Below, in pieces: positions 22,485 through 35,185 of a DNA stretch of 64,000 nucleotides. Each line of letters opens with the position of its first letter. Positions within the stretch are counted from its first letter, which is position 1. The notes below the pieces were generated by a model. It saw only the letters and a list, made by a program, of their open reading frames with translations, was not told the origin of the DNA and did not search any database. The position numbers were made by a program, and so were the translations under genes. This DNA comes from Macrostomum hystrix (Eukaryota > Animalia > Platyhelminthes), in contig CATNEN010000025.1 of assembly GCA_950097015.1 (NCBI GenBank), positions 4,278,001-4,342,000 of the forward strand, read 5' to 3'.

Positions 22485-25400
22485 TAGAGAATATGAATTG
22501 CGCTGAGCATGTAGCTAATGTGCAAGAATATGACTAAACATAGATTTTTAAGACTTAGCTTTTAATCAGAAACAATTAAATACTGAGCGATTCTGAGCGA
22601 TTCGATTACGCGGATCAGATGAAGAGTCGGATGAAAATTCCTGAAGAATTGCAGAATGTGAATCCTTGAACTATTGGAGGATGAGAATCCCTGAACAATA
22701 GGAGGATGAGAATCGCTGAACAATAGGAGGATGAGAATCCCTGAAGAACTGGAGGATGAGAATCCCTGAACAATAGGAGGATGAGAATCCCTGAACAATA
22801 GGAGGATGAGAATCCCTGAACAATAGGAGGATGAGAATCCCTGAACAATAGGAGGATGAGAATCGCTGAACAATAGGAGGATGAGAATCCCTGAAGAACT
22901 GGAGGATGAGAATCCCTGAACAATAGGAGGATGAGAATCCCTGAACAATAGGAGGATGAGAATCGCTGAACAATAGGAGGATGAGAGTCCCTGAAGAACT
23001 GGAGGATGAGAATCCCTGAACAATAGGAGGATGAGAATCCCTGAACAATAGGAGGATGAGAATCCCTGAACAATAGGAGGATGAGAATCCCTGAACAATA
23101 GGAGGATGAGAATCCCTGAACAATAGGAGGATAAGAATCCCTGATGAACTGGAGGATGAGAATCCCTGAACAATAGGAGGATGAGAATGCCTGAACAATA
23201 GGAGGATGAGAATCCCTGAACAATAGGAGGATGAGAATCCCTGAAGAACTGGAGGATGAGAATCCCTGAACAATAGGAGGATGAGAATCCCTGAACAATA
23301 GGAGGATAAGAATCCCTGATGAACTGGAGGATGAGAATCCCTGAACAATAGGAGGATGAGAATCCCTGAACAATAGGAGGATGAGAATCGCTGAACAATA
23401 GGAGGATGAGAGTCCCTGAAGAACTGGAGGATGAGAATCCCTGAACAATAGGAGGATGAGAATCCCTGAACAATAGGAGGATGAGAATCCCTGAACAATA
23501 GGAGGATGAGAATCGCTGAACAATAGGAGGATGAGAATCCCTGAACAATAGGAGGATGAGAATCCCTGAACAATAGGAGGATGAGAATCCCTGAACAATA
23601 GGAGGATGAGAATCCCTGAAGAACTGGAGGATGAGAATCCCTGAACAATAGGAGGATGAGAATCCCTGAACAATAGGAGGATGAGAATCCCTGAACAATA
23701 GGAGGATGAGAATCCCTGAACAATAGGAGGATGAGAATCCCTGAACAATAGGAGGATGAGAATCCCTGAACAATAGGAGGATGAGAATCCCTGAAGAACT
23801 GGAGGATGAGAATCCCTGAACAATAGGAGGATGAGAATCCCTGAACAATAGGAGGATGAGAATCCCTGAACAATAGGAGGATGAGAATCCCTGAAGAACT
23901 GGAAGATGAGAATCCATGAAGAACTGGAGAATGAGAATGCCTGAACAATTGGAGGATGAGAATGCCTGAACAATAGGAGGATGAGAATCCCTGAAGAACT
24001 GGAGGATGAGAATCCCTGAACAATAGGAGGATGAGAATCCCTGAACAATAGGAGGATGAGAATCCCTGAACAATAGGAGGATGAGAATCCCTGAAGAACT
24101 GGAGGATGAGAATCCCTGAACAATAGGAGGATGAGAATCCCTGAACAATAGGAGGATGAGAATCCCTGAACAATAGGAGGATGAGAATCCCTGAAGAACT
24201 GGAAGATGAGAATCCATGAAGAACTGGAGAATGAGAATGCCTGAACAATTGGAGGATGAGAATGCCTGAACTATTGGAGGATGAGAATCCCTGAACAATA
24301 GGAGGATGAGAATCCCTGAACAATAGGAGGATGAGAATCCCTGAACAATAGGAGGATGAGAATCCCTGAACAATAGGAGGATGAGAATCCCTGAACAATA
24401 GGAGGATGAGAATCCCTGAACAATAGGAGGATGAGAATCCCTGAAGAACTGGAGGATGAGAATCCCTGAACAATAGGAGGATGAGAATCCCTGAACAATA
24501 GGAGGATGAGAATCCCTGAACAATAGGAGGATGAGAATCCCTGAAGAACTGGAAGATGAGAATCCATGAAGAACTGGAGAATGAGAATGCCTGAACAATT
24601 GGAGGATGAGAATGCCTGAACAATAGGAGGATGAGAATCCCTGAAGAACTGGAAGATGAGAATCCATGAAGAACTGGAGAATGAGAATGCCTGAACAATT
24701 GGAGGATGAGAATGCCTGAACTATTGGAGGATGAGAATCCCTGAACAATAGGAGGATGAGAATCCCTGAACAATAGGAGGATGAGAATCCCTGAACAATA
24801 GGAGGATGAGAATCCCTGAACAATAGGAGGATGAGAATCCCTGAACAATAGGAGGATGAGAATCCCTGAACAATAGGAGGATGAGAATCCCTGAAGAACT
24901 GGAAGATGAGAATCCATGAAGAACTGGAGAATGAGAATGCCTGAATAATTGGAGAATGAGAATGCCTGAACAATAGGAGGATGAGAATCCCTGAAGAACT
25001 GGAAGATGAGAATCCATGAAGAACTGGAGAATGAGAATGCCTGAACAATTGGAGGATGAGAATGCCTGAACTATTGGAGGATGAGAATCACAGAAGAACC
25101 AGATCTATCAAACAATGAAATATGAATAATTAGATTGATTACAAGGAATCAACAAGAACTCGTGTGCAGACGTTACCATCTTGACAAAGTGGCCGGCGCC
25201 ACCCTCGCCCACCCAGTCGCAGCAAGGCTGGTCGTCCGCTTTGGCGCAAATCGATTGAAAGATAGGCCTGATTCGCGGCCAAGCGTCCGGATGACCGCCG
25301 GGCATCAAAGAAGGGCCGTGCCTGGCGCCCTCCTCGCCGCCGGAGACACCGGAGCCGACAAACAAAAGACCGGCGGCATTGCAGCGCTCGAAACGGCGCT

Positions 25401-26300
25401 GAAGAAATTAAAAAAATTGTTATATATTCTTCGAATATCTCTTCAATCCGTTGGACTCACTCAAAGTTATAGGTCTATGGCAAGACATTTTTAGCGTGTA
25501 ACTCACTGTTGAGTCATCAAACTCGGAGTTGCCACCGTCAATTATAATGTCGCCTTTCTCAAGAAGGGGAACCTGTTTAAAGTGCAATAATAAGTTCTGT
25601 TGTGAGGACAAAATTTGATCATTCAAAAGAAGTTTACCTCTCTTATAGCTAAATTGAGAGTGACTATCAAAATCAAACTCTGAATATGATGTGATAAATC
25701 TGAGGATCTGTGAGGGTGGCTGCTGAATCTGAGGATCTGTGAGGGTGGCTGCTGAATCTGAGGATCTGTGAGGGTGGCTGCTAAATCTGAGGATCTCTGA
25801 GAGTGGCTGCTGAATCTGATGACCTGGTAAGGTAGAAAACAAGCAATGAATTGGTCTCGAGTTTGGATAGACCCGCATATCAGGGGGACTGAAGTGTGCC
25901 ATCTCGCGCTCAAAATAGCTATTAGCTAATATGTAAATGATGTAAATTTTTAGTTACCAGATTGTCAATGAAGTCGTCCACAGGTTTTCCAGCCTGCACC
26001 AACATCATGACAACGCGCGGCCGCTTAAGAAGCTTCACCAGCTCCTCCAATGAGTGGGCGCCAACCACTTGGGTTCCTTTGGCTTCATTGTCAAGGAATC
26101 GATCCACCTTAGATACTGTGCGATTGAAGATGCCCACCTTTAAATGGTGCAATAAATTTTTTACACAGTCAACTAATTAGATTATCAAAATGATATTTGT
26201 ATTAACTATCAGACAGTTATTTACCTTGAAGCCATGATCATTCATGTTTAGAATCAAATTCTGTCCCATAACAGCAAGTCCAATCAAGCCTATGTCACAG
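21098..26300 (-). CDS. PGD: 6-phosphogluconate dehydrogenase, decarboxylating; exons 26225-26300, 25958-26137, 25507-25572, 25177-25398, 22249-22483, 21098-21762; first codons not located
   Basis: [83 protein letters not shown]. All junctions GT-AG with consistent phase. Confidence 0.97.
21828..22070 (+). mobile_element. tRNA-derived SINE, copy 1 (in last PGD intron)
   Basis: A-box-like TGGCAGAGCTG, B-box-like GCTCGAATCC, shared body CCTGACGATGAGAAAGTCAGG and GCTCAGGAGTCAG. Confidence 0.7.
22675..25090. repeat. 25-bp minisatellite (GGAGGATGAGAATCCCTGAACAATA)n, ~95 copies, in PGD intron
   Basis: Directly visible; explains the 828/502/748-aa minus-strand ORFs. Confidence 0.97.
25695..25825. 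repeat. 29-bp repeat, ~4.5 copies, in PGD intron
   Basis: AATCTGAGGATCTGTGAGGGTGGCTGCTG at 25697, 25726 and onward. Confidence 0.9.
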
Positions 26301-27533
26301 CTAAAAGTGAAAGAAGTGAATGAAAGGGAAGCTTAAATTGCTTATATTTAAGTAAATAGTTGGTAAAAAGCTAATTGGCTAATTATTTCTAGGTAACACA
26401 ATCTCATGGGTGCCTTGTCTTTAGGTAACTGTCACAATTTCTAATATAGCTTCTATGGTGGGGAGAGCTCTTTGGTATATGTTATACACAATGTATATTA
26501 TAAATTAAACACAAAAACCTAATTCTTAAAGAACCTTGACTACTAATTTTATTATCAACCCACACTAGCAATCAGCAAAGACAGTTATCATTTCTGCAAT
26601 TATTATAATTTTATTCAAATATGTAAGTTTTTGTACTTGTAGTAAAACAATTGTCAACTCTAGTGTTAGTCATAGTAAACCACACAAGAACAACATTTTA
26701 TGGCTCTAATGCTGACCATAAGTTCATAACAACTGTATAATATTGACAAAGACAGAATAAATAATATTAAACTTTTTAGATATTTTCATTTATTGTGCTC
26801 TCTCTTTGCTTATCTGCATTTTTGCCCACTTAAAAAGTGTCTACACTTGCAAATCACTAACAAAAAAACTTTTCTTGCATATTTTTAAGATGTGTTTGGC
26901 ATCAGAGTCCAATCTAAACTCATTTTTTGATAGCCCATATGAGAGTTCTAGCCCATACCAACATAGATGCAGTTTTAAGTGGATTAATCTGATAAGCTCA
27001 CACTCGAGGCTCGAGGCTCTGAGCAGATCCATAATTTTTTTATTATAATGAAACAAGAAAATTATAGCAATTTTACCTTTCCATTTTATAGCAAAACAGG
27101 TGCGAATGTACAAAAAAGTATCGGTCGAAAAAATTATTTAGAAGACTTAAGTTAGAACGTCTTAAGTTAAACTTTCTTGCTAACTGCATGTACAATAAAA
27201 TCTGTTTTAAAGGCGCTCTAGAAATAAATGTTACGACCTCAACGTTTAAAATTGAGTTTTTTTTAAGAAAACACGGAAGTCTTGTAACACGTAACTAATT
27301 GTGGCATCTTGGCTTTATTTTGTATTTTTGTCCAGTTAAAGTAAAATTGTTGTTGCAAAATTATACGAAAAAACGACTAGTATTTTCCATTGTTTAGATG
27401 CTTACTGTGCGTAGACTTTTTTAAATAACTAACGAAAGGTCTTTAATCTTAAAAATCACCAACGACGAAGACGTCGAATCAAGTAGGTTCAATTGCGAAA
27501 GAAAAATTCTTGACCGCTTACTAAAAAACTGGA

Positions 27534-29199
27534 ATGCATCTAACCTGTCCTTTGTGGATTCGTCGAATCCCTAAGATCTATCGTAACAATGATCCTTTCT
27601 TTCAGCGGAATATTTACCTCCAGTTTTCGTTTGTAAGTTGCGCGATTTTCGATTTTTGTTGCAATCAGATTTTTTAAAGAGATTGACTTTTATGCACAGT
27701 GCATAAGTATATATTTATAACAATTGACTTTTTCAGTTAAATGTTTTGCTTTTTGTGTGTATATCGAATTGTGTTTGATCTAGCTAAGTCCAATTTTGCA
27801 CCCTGACTGGGTGTGTTGTGACTAATAGTGATAGTTGTAGATTGCTACTATTACTTTTTATGCCTGTGATTTAATATTTTTAATTTAAATTTTTTAATTA
27901 TCAATATAAAATTAAGGTTAGTGATAATACAAATGACTAGAGTTAAATTATTTTTATACCATTTCAATTTTCTCATTGGAAGTGCTTATTGCTGCAGGGC
28001 AATCCTCTAGCTTTGCATTTTAATATTTATTTTTGAAAGGTAACAAATTCCATAGCAAATAACTAATACATGTGAATATTTAAATTTGCACACTTTTTTA
28101 ATGATTTGGCAGTGTGGTTTATGGTTTACAAAACTAGAGCTATTTTATACCATTAGAGTTCAAAGAACCAAAGAATGTTGCCAAAAGTAACAAGGCACTG
28201 CCTGCTGCTGCAACACTATCACTATTAGTCACAACACACCCAGTCAGGGTGCAAAATTGGACTTAGCTAGATCAAACACAGTTAGTTGGTTAGGTTTTTT
28301 ATGTATTTGAACTACAAATGGCAAATAAAGTTATAATACTTAAAAAAATCGTTTCAATAGCAGTAATAAGATTATTAGGTTACTGTTACCAACAGCCTGT
28401 TTTGTTTTAGTCATGTTGATTTTCTTGCTTAGATTGATATGCACTGTCAAAACTTGTTAAACAATGTTAATCAATCTATCGAAATGGTTTGACAGTATGC
28501 AAGACTGTTTGGTTTCTCATGTTCACCAAGTCTAATAATTTAGAATACTTTAAACTTGTGTTTCTACTGACAATAGCATTGTGAGGAACACAGCATTGCA
28601 GCAAACAATTACCTTTCTTCAAAATAATAATAATAGCCAACTATGGACTAGTCCTATACAGTGTATACAGTGTATTGCTTGATTCAATTATATGCTATCA
28701 TCCCACATTTTATAACAAAAATAACTTTTTGTAGTTGTTCCGTGGCCGCTCCAGTCGCTGCTTTCGTCTGGCCGAGAAGCGCTTTTTAAAAGCCTTCCAG
28801 CACATGAATGCCATGCGAGCTGTGCGCAAGGATAAGTTTGCTGAGCTGTGCGACAGCCGCATTGACGCCGCCTGCACTGAGCACGGCATTCCTGGCGAAA
28901 TGCTTCGCAACGGACTGGCCCGCATGAACATCCAGCTGAATCGAAAGTCCCTTCAACAGCTGTCTATTTACGAGCCGTTCAGCTTTAAGGTGAGCCATTG
29001 TGCTCAGGAGTTAGTAGAATAAACTCTTACTAGCCTAATTACCGAAACTATCACCTTTCAGGGCCTAGTGGACCTGGTTAAGCAGTACCATTCTGAGCTG
29101 GGCATTGTGCCGCCGAATGCAGAACCGCCAGCTCAAATTGTGACTCGCGGCCTTCTACAATCGCCTGTTGTGCCTGGCAATCGTAAATACTACGAATAA
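27534..29199 (+). CDS. MRPL20: Mitochondrial ribosomal protein L20 (bL20m); exons 27534-27632, 28735-28989, 29062-29199
   Basis: MHLTCPLWIRR...|LFRGRSSRCFRLA...SRIDAAC.EHG...L.R.NIQLNRKSLQQLSIYEPFSFK|GLVDL. This is the L20 signature; phase-0 GT-AG junctions. Confidence 0.92.
27770..28280. mobile_element. Foldback/MITE-like element: perfect 66-bp inverted repeats around a 379-bp AT-rich spacer, in MRPL20 intron 1
   Basis: 27770-27835 is the exact reverse complement of 28215-28280. Confidence 0.8.
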
Positions 29200-29474
29200 T
29201 GCAATTAGTAAATTACGTTAATTGTTTCAATTAAAGTGCTTTTTTACTGTAGCGTGTTAATTATTCTTTTAAGATCCTTAGTCAACTTGACGCTGGATAA
29301 AAAATCGTTACCTGTAACTCTTGTTTGTGAAATTCTATCTAAAGAAATGACGTTTTTATATTTTGTTAGTTAATCATACTTCTAGCTGAATTGCCTTTCA
29401 TGGCTGTGTCTAACAGACGTTTTGACTTTGTGTTCTTTCCACTTTTTGTTTTCTAAAAAACTGTAAAAAACTGT

Positions 29475-29787
29475 ATCAGCCCCTAGACAACCAGACAGCC
29501 TAGTGCTGTATAGTTTGTTATCAGTTATCAGCCCCTAGACAACCAGACAGCCTAGTGCTGTATAGTTTTTTATCAGTTATCAGCCCCTAGACAACCAGAC
29601 AGCCTAGTGCTGTATAGTTTGTTATCAGTTATCAGCCCCTAGACAACCAGACAGCCTAGTGCTGTATAGTTTGTTATCAGTTATCAGCCCCTAGACAACC
29701 AGACAGCCTAGTGCTGTATAGTTTGTTATCAGTCATCAGCCCCTAGACAACCAGACAGCCTAGTGCTGTATAGTTTGTTTTCAGCTC
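29475..29787. repeat. 52-bp minisatellite, ~6 copies, between MRPL20 and Daxx
   Basis: Units at 29475, 29527 and onward. Confidence 0.95.
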
Positions 29788-29877
29788 CTAGACGACATGT
29801 ACACACAGGCACTCGAAGGCTGCTAAAATAAGCTTGTAAGATATATTTCACAGTTAGTTTTAAACAATATCTTGCAG

Positions 29878-32800
29878 CATAACCATCAGCATCCACACAA
29901 GCAGCAACAGCAGCATGAAGGTAAAGCTGCGGGCGCATCTTCTGACTTGGCCGAATTCAACGCCGCCTGGCATCAGCTGGAGTCGTTCCTGACGTCGGTG
30001 ATGCAGAATGACGATTATGATCGCATCCTACTGCGTAGCCTGCGCCGGCACTACGACAATGCCGTAGCTAGCCGGTCAGCCAATCGCCTGACACCCGCTG
30101 GAGCGCGTCGCTTATTTGACAGCCTGCGGAAGGAGATTTCCGCCTCCGTGTTCAAACTGGTTTGCGCATTCGACTCTCGACTAGACCTACAGGATGGCCT
30201 CAACGATGCAGCCGATGCGCCCTCGTCCGAGTCAGCAGCCGGAGTCGTCGGCGAAGATGATGAGGCTTCGAAATCTGGCAAAGCGTCAGACGAGGACTGC
30301 GATGATAAAAAGTCTGATACTCAGTCCAACACGGATGCTGCAGCTGACGACGACGAAGATGACGGAGAGAACGATTCGGATAATGAGGCTCCAGCGGAAC
30401 CCGGCGCTCAGTCAGCTGACTGCGTCGGCGTTGATCATGCCGACGATGAGCAACCGGCGCCAAAGAAGCGAAGAATCGAGCTGACACGCATCGCCGACTC
30501 GCCCGATCCGAGACCAGCCGAGCTGCCGTGTTCTTCTGGTCAGCAGCAGCAGCGCAGGCAGGCGCTGGCAATGCCAGATCAGCTATCCGCCGACGATTTC
30601 GACAATCAGGCTGGCGACGATGCCGATTTGACGCCGGAAGAGCGTCAGAAGGCGCGCACCCTGCAGGACTGCCTCTGCCGAATTCTGGCCAAAATTCGGC
30701 GATTGCAACGGTTGGAGATGAGCCTGGACGATCTGCGCTCGGAGAGCAGCGTCTACCTACAGGAGGACAGGCTGAAGCAGCGCGCGCTGCAGGTTAGTCC
30801 CGGCGCACCTGCTGTTTCTCGTTCTCGACCCTGTAGTTCAGGGATCGGCTACGCCTGCGGGCCAGATGCGGCCATCGAAGCTCCCAAATCCGGCCCGTTG
30901 TTGCCACTTCTGAAAGCTAGACTCTAGAGTATCCTGTTTCATCTCTCTTCGGTCTTGTCTTTCCCTTGTCTCATCTCTCCCCTGTCTCATCTCTCCCGTG
31001 TCTCATCTCTCCCCTGTCTCATCTCTTCCGTGTCTAATCTCTCCCGTGTCTCATCTCTCCCCTGTCTCGTCTCTCCCGTGTCTAATCTCTTCCCTGTCTC
31101 ATCTCTCCCGTGTCTAATCTCTCCCGTATCTCATGTCTCCCTTGTCCCCTGCTGTTTAGTGATTTTCCCAATTCGCAAATTTCACCATTTCGCAGGTGTA
31201 CACTAGCCTGTGCCGACTCCGGCGCGCGCCCCAATCGGCTGCGCTGACAATCGGGCCGCGATTCCGCTATCGTTGCTCTGCGCACCCGGAAATTGGCGAA
31301 CTCATCGAGTGCTACGTCAATAAACGGAGAGGATTTCCCGACCTGCCCAAAGTGTTAAAGATTGTCGCCTGGTGCAATCGGCGACACAAGCTCGGCTGGT
31401 CTCAGGCCGAGGTTCGCCGCTGCGCTGAGACTGTCTTTAAAGACGTCGGCGAACAGCTTCAACAGCGACGCAAGCGGGACCTGTTTGACTGCCTGTTCTC
31501 CGACCTGCCGGACGGGTGGGTTTTGTGCTGCTTGTTTGATAATAAATAAAATAAATTCTTCCTATATTCATCGTCTGATTCTTTCTGTTCTTTGTTATTA
31601 ACGTCGGCTATAACACCCGCATTACAATTCTGTCCTACACCCCTGCAATCGTCTGTCATAAACCCCTGCAATCGTCTGTCATAAACCCCTACAATCGTCT
31701 GTCATAAACCCCTGCAATCGTCTGTCATAAACCCCTGCAATCGTCTGTCATAAACCCCTACAATCGTCTGTCATAAACCCCTACAATCGTCTGTCATAAA
31801 CCCCTACAATCGTCTGTCATAAACCCCTACAATCGTCTGTCATAAACCCCTGCAATCGTCTGTCATAAACCCCTACAATCGTCTGTCATAAACCCCTGCA
31901 ATCGTCTGTCATAAACCCCTGCAATCGTCTGTCATAAACCCCAACAATCGTCTGTCATAAACCCCATACAATCGTCTGTCATAAACCCCTGCAATCGTCT
32001 GTCATAAACCCCTACAATCGTCTGTCATAAACCCCTGCAATCGTCTGTCATAAACCCCTACAATCGTCTGTCATAAACCCCATACAATCGTCTGTCATAA
32101 ACCCCTGCAATCGTCTGTCATAAACCCCTGCAATCGTCTGTCATAAACCCCTGCAATCGTCTGTCATAAACCCCTGCAATTGTCTGTAATAAACCCCTAA
32201 AACTGTCAGGAGCTAGGCTACAATGGGGTTATGTCACTACTTAAAGGTCGGGGGTTGGATTCCTAACTCCACTGGAACAATTTGTGTCCCTTAGCAAGGC
32301 ACAATTATGCATTGCTTCAATTCACCCAGCTGTTAAAAGGTACCAGCATCAGCTCTATTATCTTCTCAATAGTATTTGTAAAGACAAATCCCTATTCGAC
32401 GCCGACAACTCCAGGGCTGCACTGGACGCCGACCCGGCTGAGTCGGACGCGGACCTGCGGCACCGGCTGGAGCGCAACGCCGCCAAAGGCAGCGAACGCC
32501 TGGCCTCGGTGCTGTCCGCCTTCTCCGCTATGACCGAGGATGGCGCCGGCGAGTCTTCCGCGCGCGGCGATGATAGCAGCGGCTCGGACAGCGACAGCGA
32601 ATCCTCTGACACTGAAGAAGACGACAACAACGGCGATGATAACGGAGATGGTAGCGGCAAAGGAGCCGACAGCGTTGGTGACTCGCCGAATAGCGAGGGT
32701 GACAATGGGGCTAAGAAAAGTGAGCATGACAATGAGGAGCCCGAGGATAGACATCGCCGGGAACAAGAAGCTGGCAAACAAACTGAGAAGGAATCAGAGC

Positions 32801-33291
32801 AGACAAGTCAGCCGGCTGTGCCAGTGTGCGATGATCCAGACATTGTCGACGACTCGGACTCCGTGCAGATTGTCTCTCTATCGCCTCCGCCACCGCAGCC
32901 AAAGCGAACAGAGCAGCCGAGACTCAGCCATAGCTCGGCGTTGCATCAGCCTCGGGCACAGCTGACTGCAGCCCAACAGCCGGTTGTCGATTTGGACAGC
33001 TTGTCGGCCAAGATTAAGCAGCCGCGACCGCTGCCTAATTTCTTTTCTACTGCGTCAACTTCCGCCGCTGCCAACGCTTCGTCGTCTTCTAATTTTGCGT
33101 TGGCCGATCGAATTCAACTGCAACGGCCGACAAATTTGTTTAGTCGCAACTTGCAGCAGCAGCAGAAGCGGTTGCCGGGTCCAACGGTTGTCAAGACAGC
33201 CTATGGCAGCGGAGGAGTCCCTCGTTTCACTTCTCAACAGCCTCCGCGCATAGGCACTGTTAGCTCGGATTCTGTCATTCAGATTGACTGA
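29878..33291 (+). CDS. DAXX: Death domain-associated protein 6 (Daxx, H3.3 chaperone); exons ~29878-30792, 31196-31515, 32415 (or 32295)-33291
   Basis: Histone-binding domain motifs EMSLDDL...S.YLQEDRLK, FPD...VL.IV, FKDVG.QLQ.RR..DL, DPA.SD..L..RL.RN. Acidic region and terminal SIM-like SDSVIQID. Start codon and third-exon acceptor uncertain. Confidence 0.88.
30839..31151 (+). mobile_element. hAT MITE, degenerate short copy with ~10 units of the 16-bp satellite, in Daxx intron 1
   Basis: CAGGGATCGG...GCGGGCCAG..CGGCC.TCGAAGCTCCCAAATCCGGC...AGTATCCTG matches the reverse complement of 40820-40917. Followed by TCCCCTGTCTCATCTC-type units and ends CCCCTG. Confidence 0.7.
31636..32200. repeat. 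23-bp minisatellite (CCCCT[G/A]CAATCGTCTGTCATAAA)n in Daxx intron 2
   Basis: Directly visible. Confidence 0.95.
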
Positions 33292-33325
33292 GATCAGCTG
33301 GGATTAACTATCATTCTATTGCTAT

Positions 33326-33880
33326 TACGGGCCCCTCTATTGATATATTTTAGTGGGTAGCCTATATCGGCCCCTCTATTGATATATTTTAGTGGGTAGC
33401 CTCTATCGGCCCCTCTATTGATATATTTTAGTGGGTAGCCTCTATCGGCCCCTCTATTGATATATTTTAGTGGGTAGCCTATATCGGCCCCTCTATTGAT
33501 ATATTTTAGTGGGTAGCCTATATCGGCCCCTCTATTGATATATTTTAGTGGGTAGCCTATATCGGCCCCTCTATTGATATATTTTAGTGGGTAGCCTATA
33601 TCGGCCCCTCTATTGATATATTTTAGTGGGTAGCCTATATCGGCCCCTCTATTGATATATTTTAGTGGGTAGCCTATATCGGCCACTCTATTGATATATT
33701 TTAGTGGGTAGCCTATATCGGCCCCTCTATTGATATATTTTAGTGGGTAGCCTATATCGGCCCTCTATTGATATATTTTAGTGGGTAGCCTATATCGGCC
33801 CTCTATTGATATATTTTAGTGGGCAGCCTATATCGGCCACTCTATTGATATATTTTAGTGGGCAGCCTATATCGGCTTCT
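33326..33880. repeat. 39-bp minisatellite, ~14 copies, just after the Daxx stop codon
   Basis: GCCCCTCTATTGATATATTTTAGTGGGTAGCCTATATCG repeats. Confidence 0.95.
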
Positions 33881-34671
33881 CTATTTTAGTCAAACTTGAT
33901 TTATTTCTACCCAATTCCAGCATTTGCGCTGTTGCATTCAATAATCGATTGCCTGTAATTTTTTCAGGGTGTCTCTTTAAAACGTCAGTTTGCTTATATT
34001 AATGAAGGCTTATTAGTAAGTATTTAAAGTCTTTGTCGTTTAGTGTTCATTATTTATTATTACCGTTGCTATTGATCAGTTTATTGTGTATTTAGTTTTC
34101 TGTGTGTTCCGCATTCCCTTTAGGTAATCACAACCATTGCTATCACTACATTTTTTGTACATTTAAACGGCCTAATATTGTGCAATAGGAAATGCCACAT
34201 ATTCTGTAACTATCCCATTTAGTTTTCATAGTCTTCCTAGACTTGTGCTTTATTTTGTTTAATTCTGTCAGATTCCAGTCACTGTGCCTCGTCTTATTCT
34301 GAGAATGGCCAAATTCTTGGATTCCTGTCCATCTAAAATTGGTAATGCTAAGCATCAATTAATACAATGAAATCTTATCTAGACATGTGCGTCTGTTTAC
34401 TTTTTATAATTTTGCATTTTTTATTTGACCAATAACGATAGGAAAATGCCAAGTTTTTTTTAAATTAGCCTCAATCTCACTTTTCCACTAAACGTTTGAG
34501 CTAATACACATCCCTCTCAATTGGCTTCATTTACCGCTCAGTTGTAACATAAATAAAAAAGCAATTTGCTTCACACGACGCAATAAAGAATTCTTTGTCT
34601 TTGAGTATTTTTCTTCGCTTGGCTAATATTAATAATTGCAGGAGGGCTGCGGGGCAATGGCACTTCATTCG

Positions 34672-34950
34672 GTGACACTAGACAATTCTGCCAGGAGGCA
34701 GTTCTGCCCATTTCGCTGACTCCTGAGCACACTCGAAGGTGTGTACATCTGCCCTGACTTTCTCAACGTCAGGCAGTGTACACTCTCACCTGTGCCTTGG
34801 AGGTTGGCCCTCAAGGACGTCAATTTCACGTCAAGCTGCCAAGCCTTCTATTCGCGGCTGCGCCCCAAATGAATGTGGCCTCGCCGCGGAATCGAGCTCA
34901 GGGACCTTGGTGTAAGAGACAAACGCGTTATCCACTCTGCCACTCACCCC
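34672..34950 (-). mobile_element. tRNA-derived SINE, copy 2
   Basis: Reverse complement aligns by eye with 35186-35500 over its length. Confidence 0.75.
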
Positions 34951-35185
34951 ATCTTCACTCGTATTATTCTCTAGGTAACTCAGATTACTGACTACTCAGA
35001 TTGTTCAGTAGGCTGTTGAGAATATGCTAGTTCACTAAACAAGTGACAGCAAACATCCGGTTAGGTAAATGTAGACAAGAATGACAAAAATGCATTGCGA
35101 AATCACAGTAACACATTGCTATTGACTAACGCGAGATAACTTTACTGAGCCGAACAAATCTTGATGTAATTCTATATATTGTTGC

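Noticed and set aside
22562-25048. 828, 748 and 502-aa minus-strand ORFs
   Set aside because: Translations of a stop-free 25-bp intronic minisatellite in all three frames; they lie inside a PGD intron.
30793-30927. Read-through C-terminus of ORF 29872-30927
   Set aside because: Intronic: a GTTAGT donor follows RALQ, Daxx homology resumes at 31196, and the read-through part is the hAT MITE end.
29878-33291. Functional link between Daxx (transposon-silencing H3.3 chaperone) and the PWWP-YR element
   Set aside because: They are ~18 kb apart with unrelated housekeeping genes between; nothing in the sequence links them.
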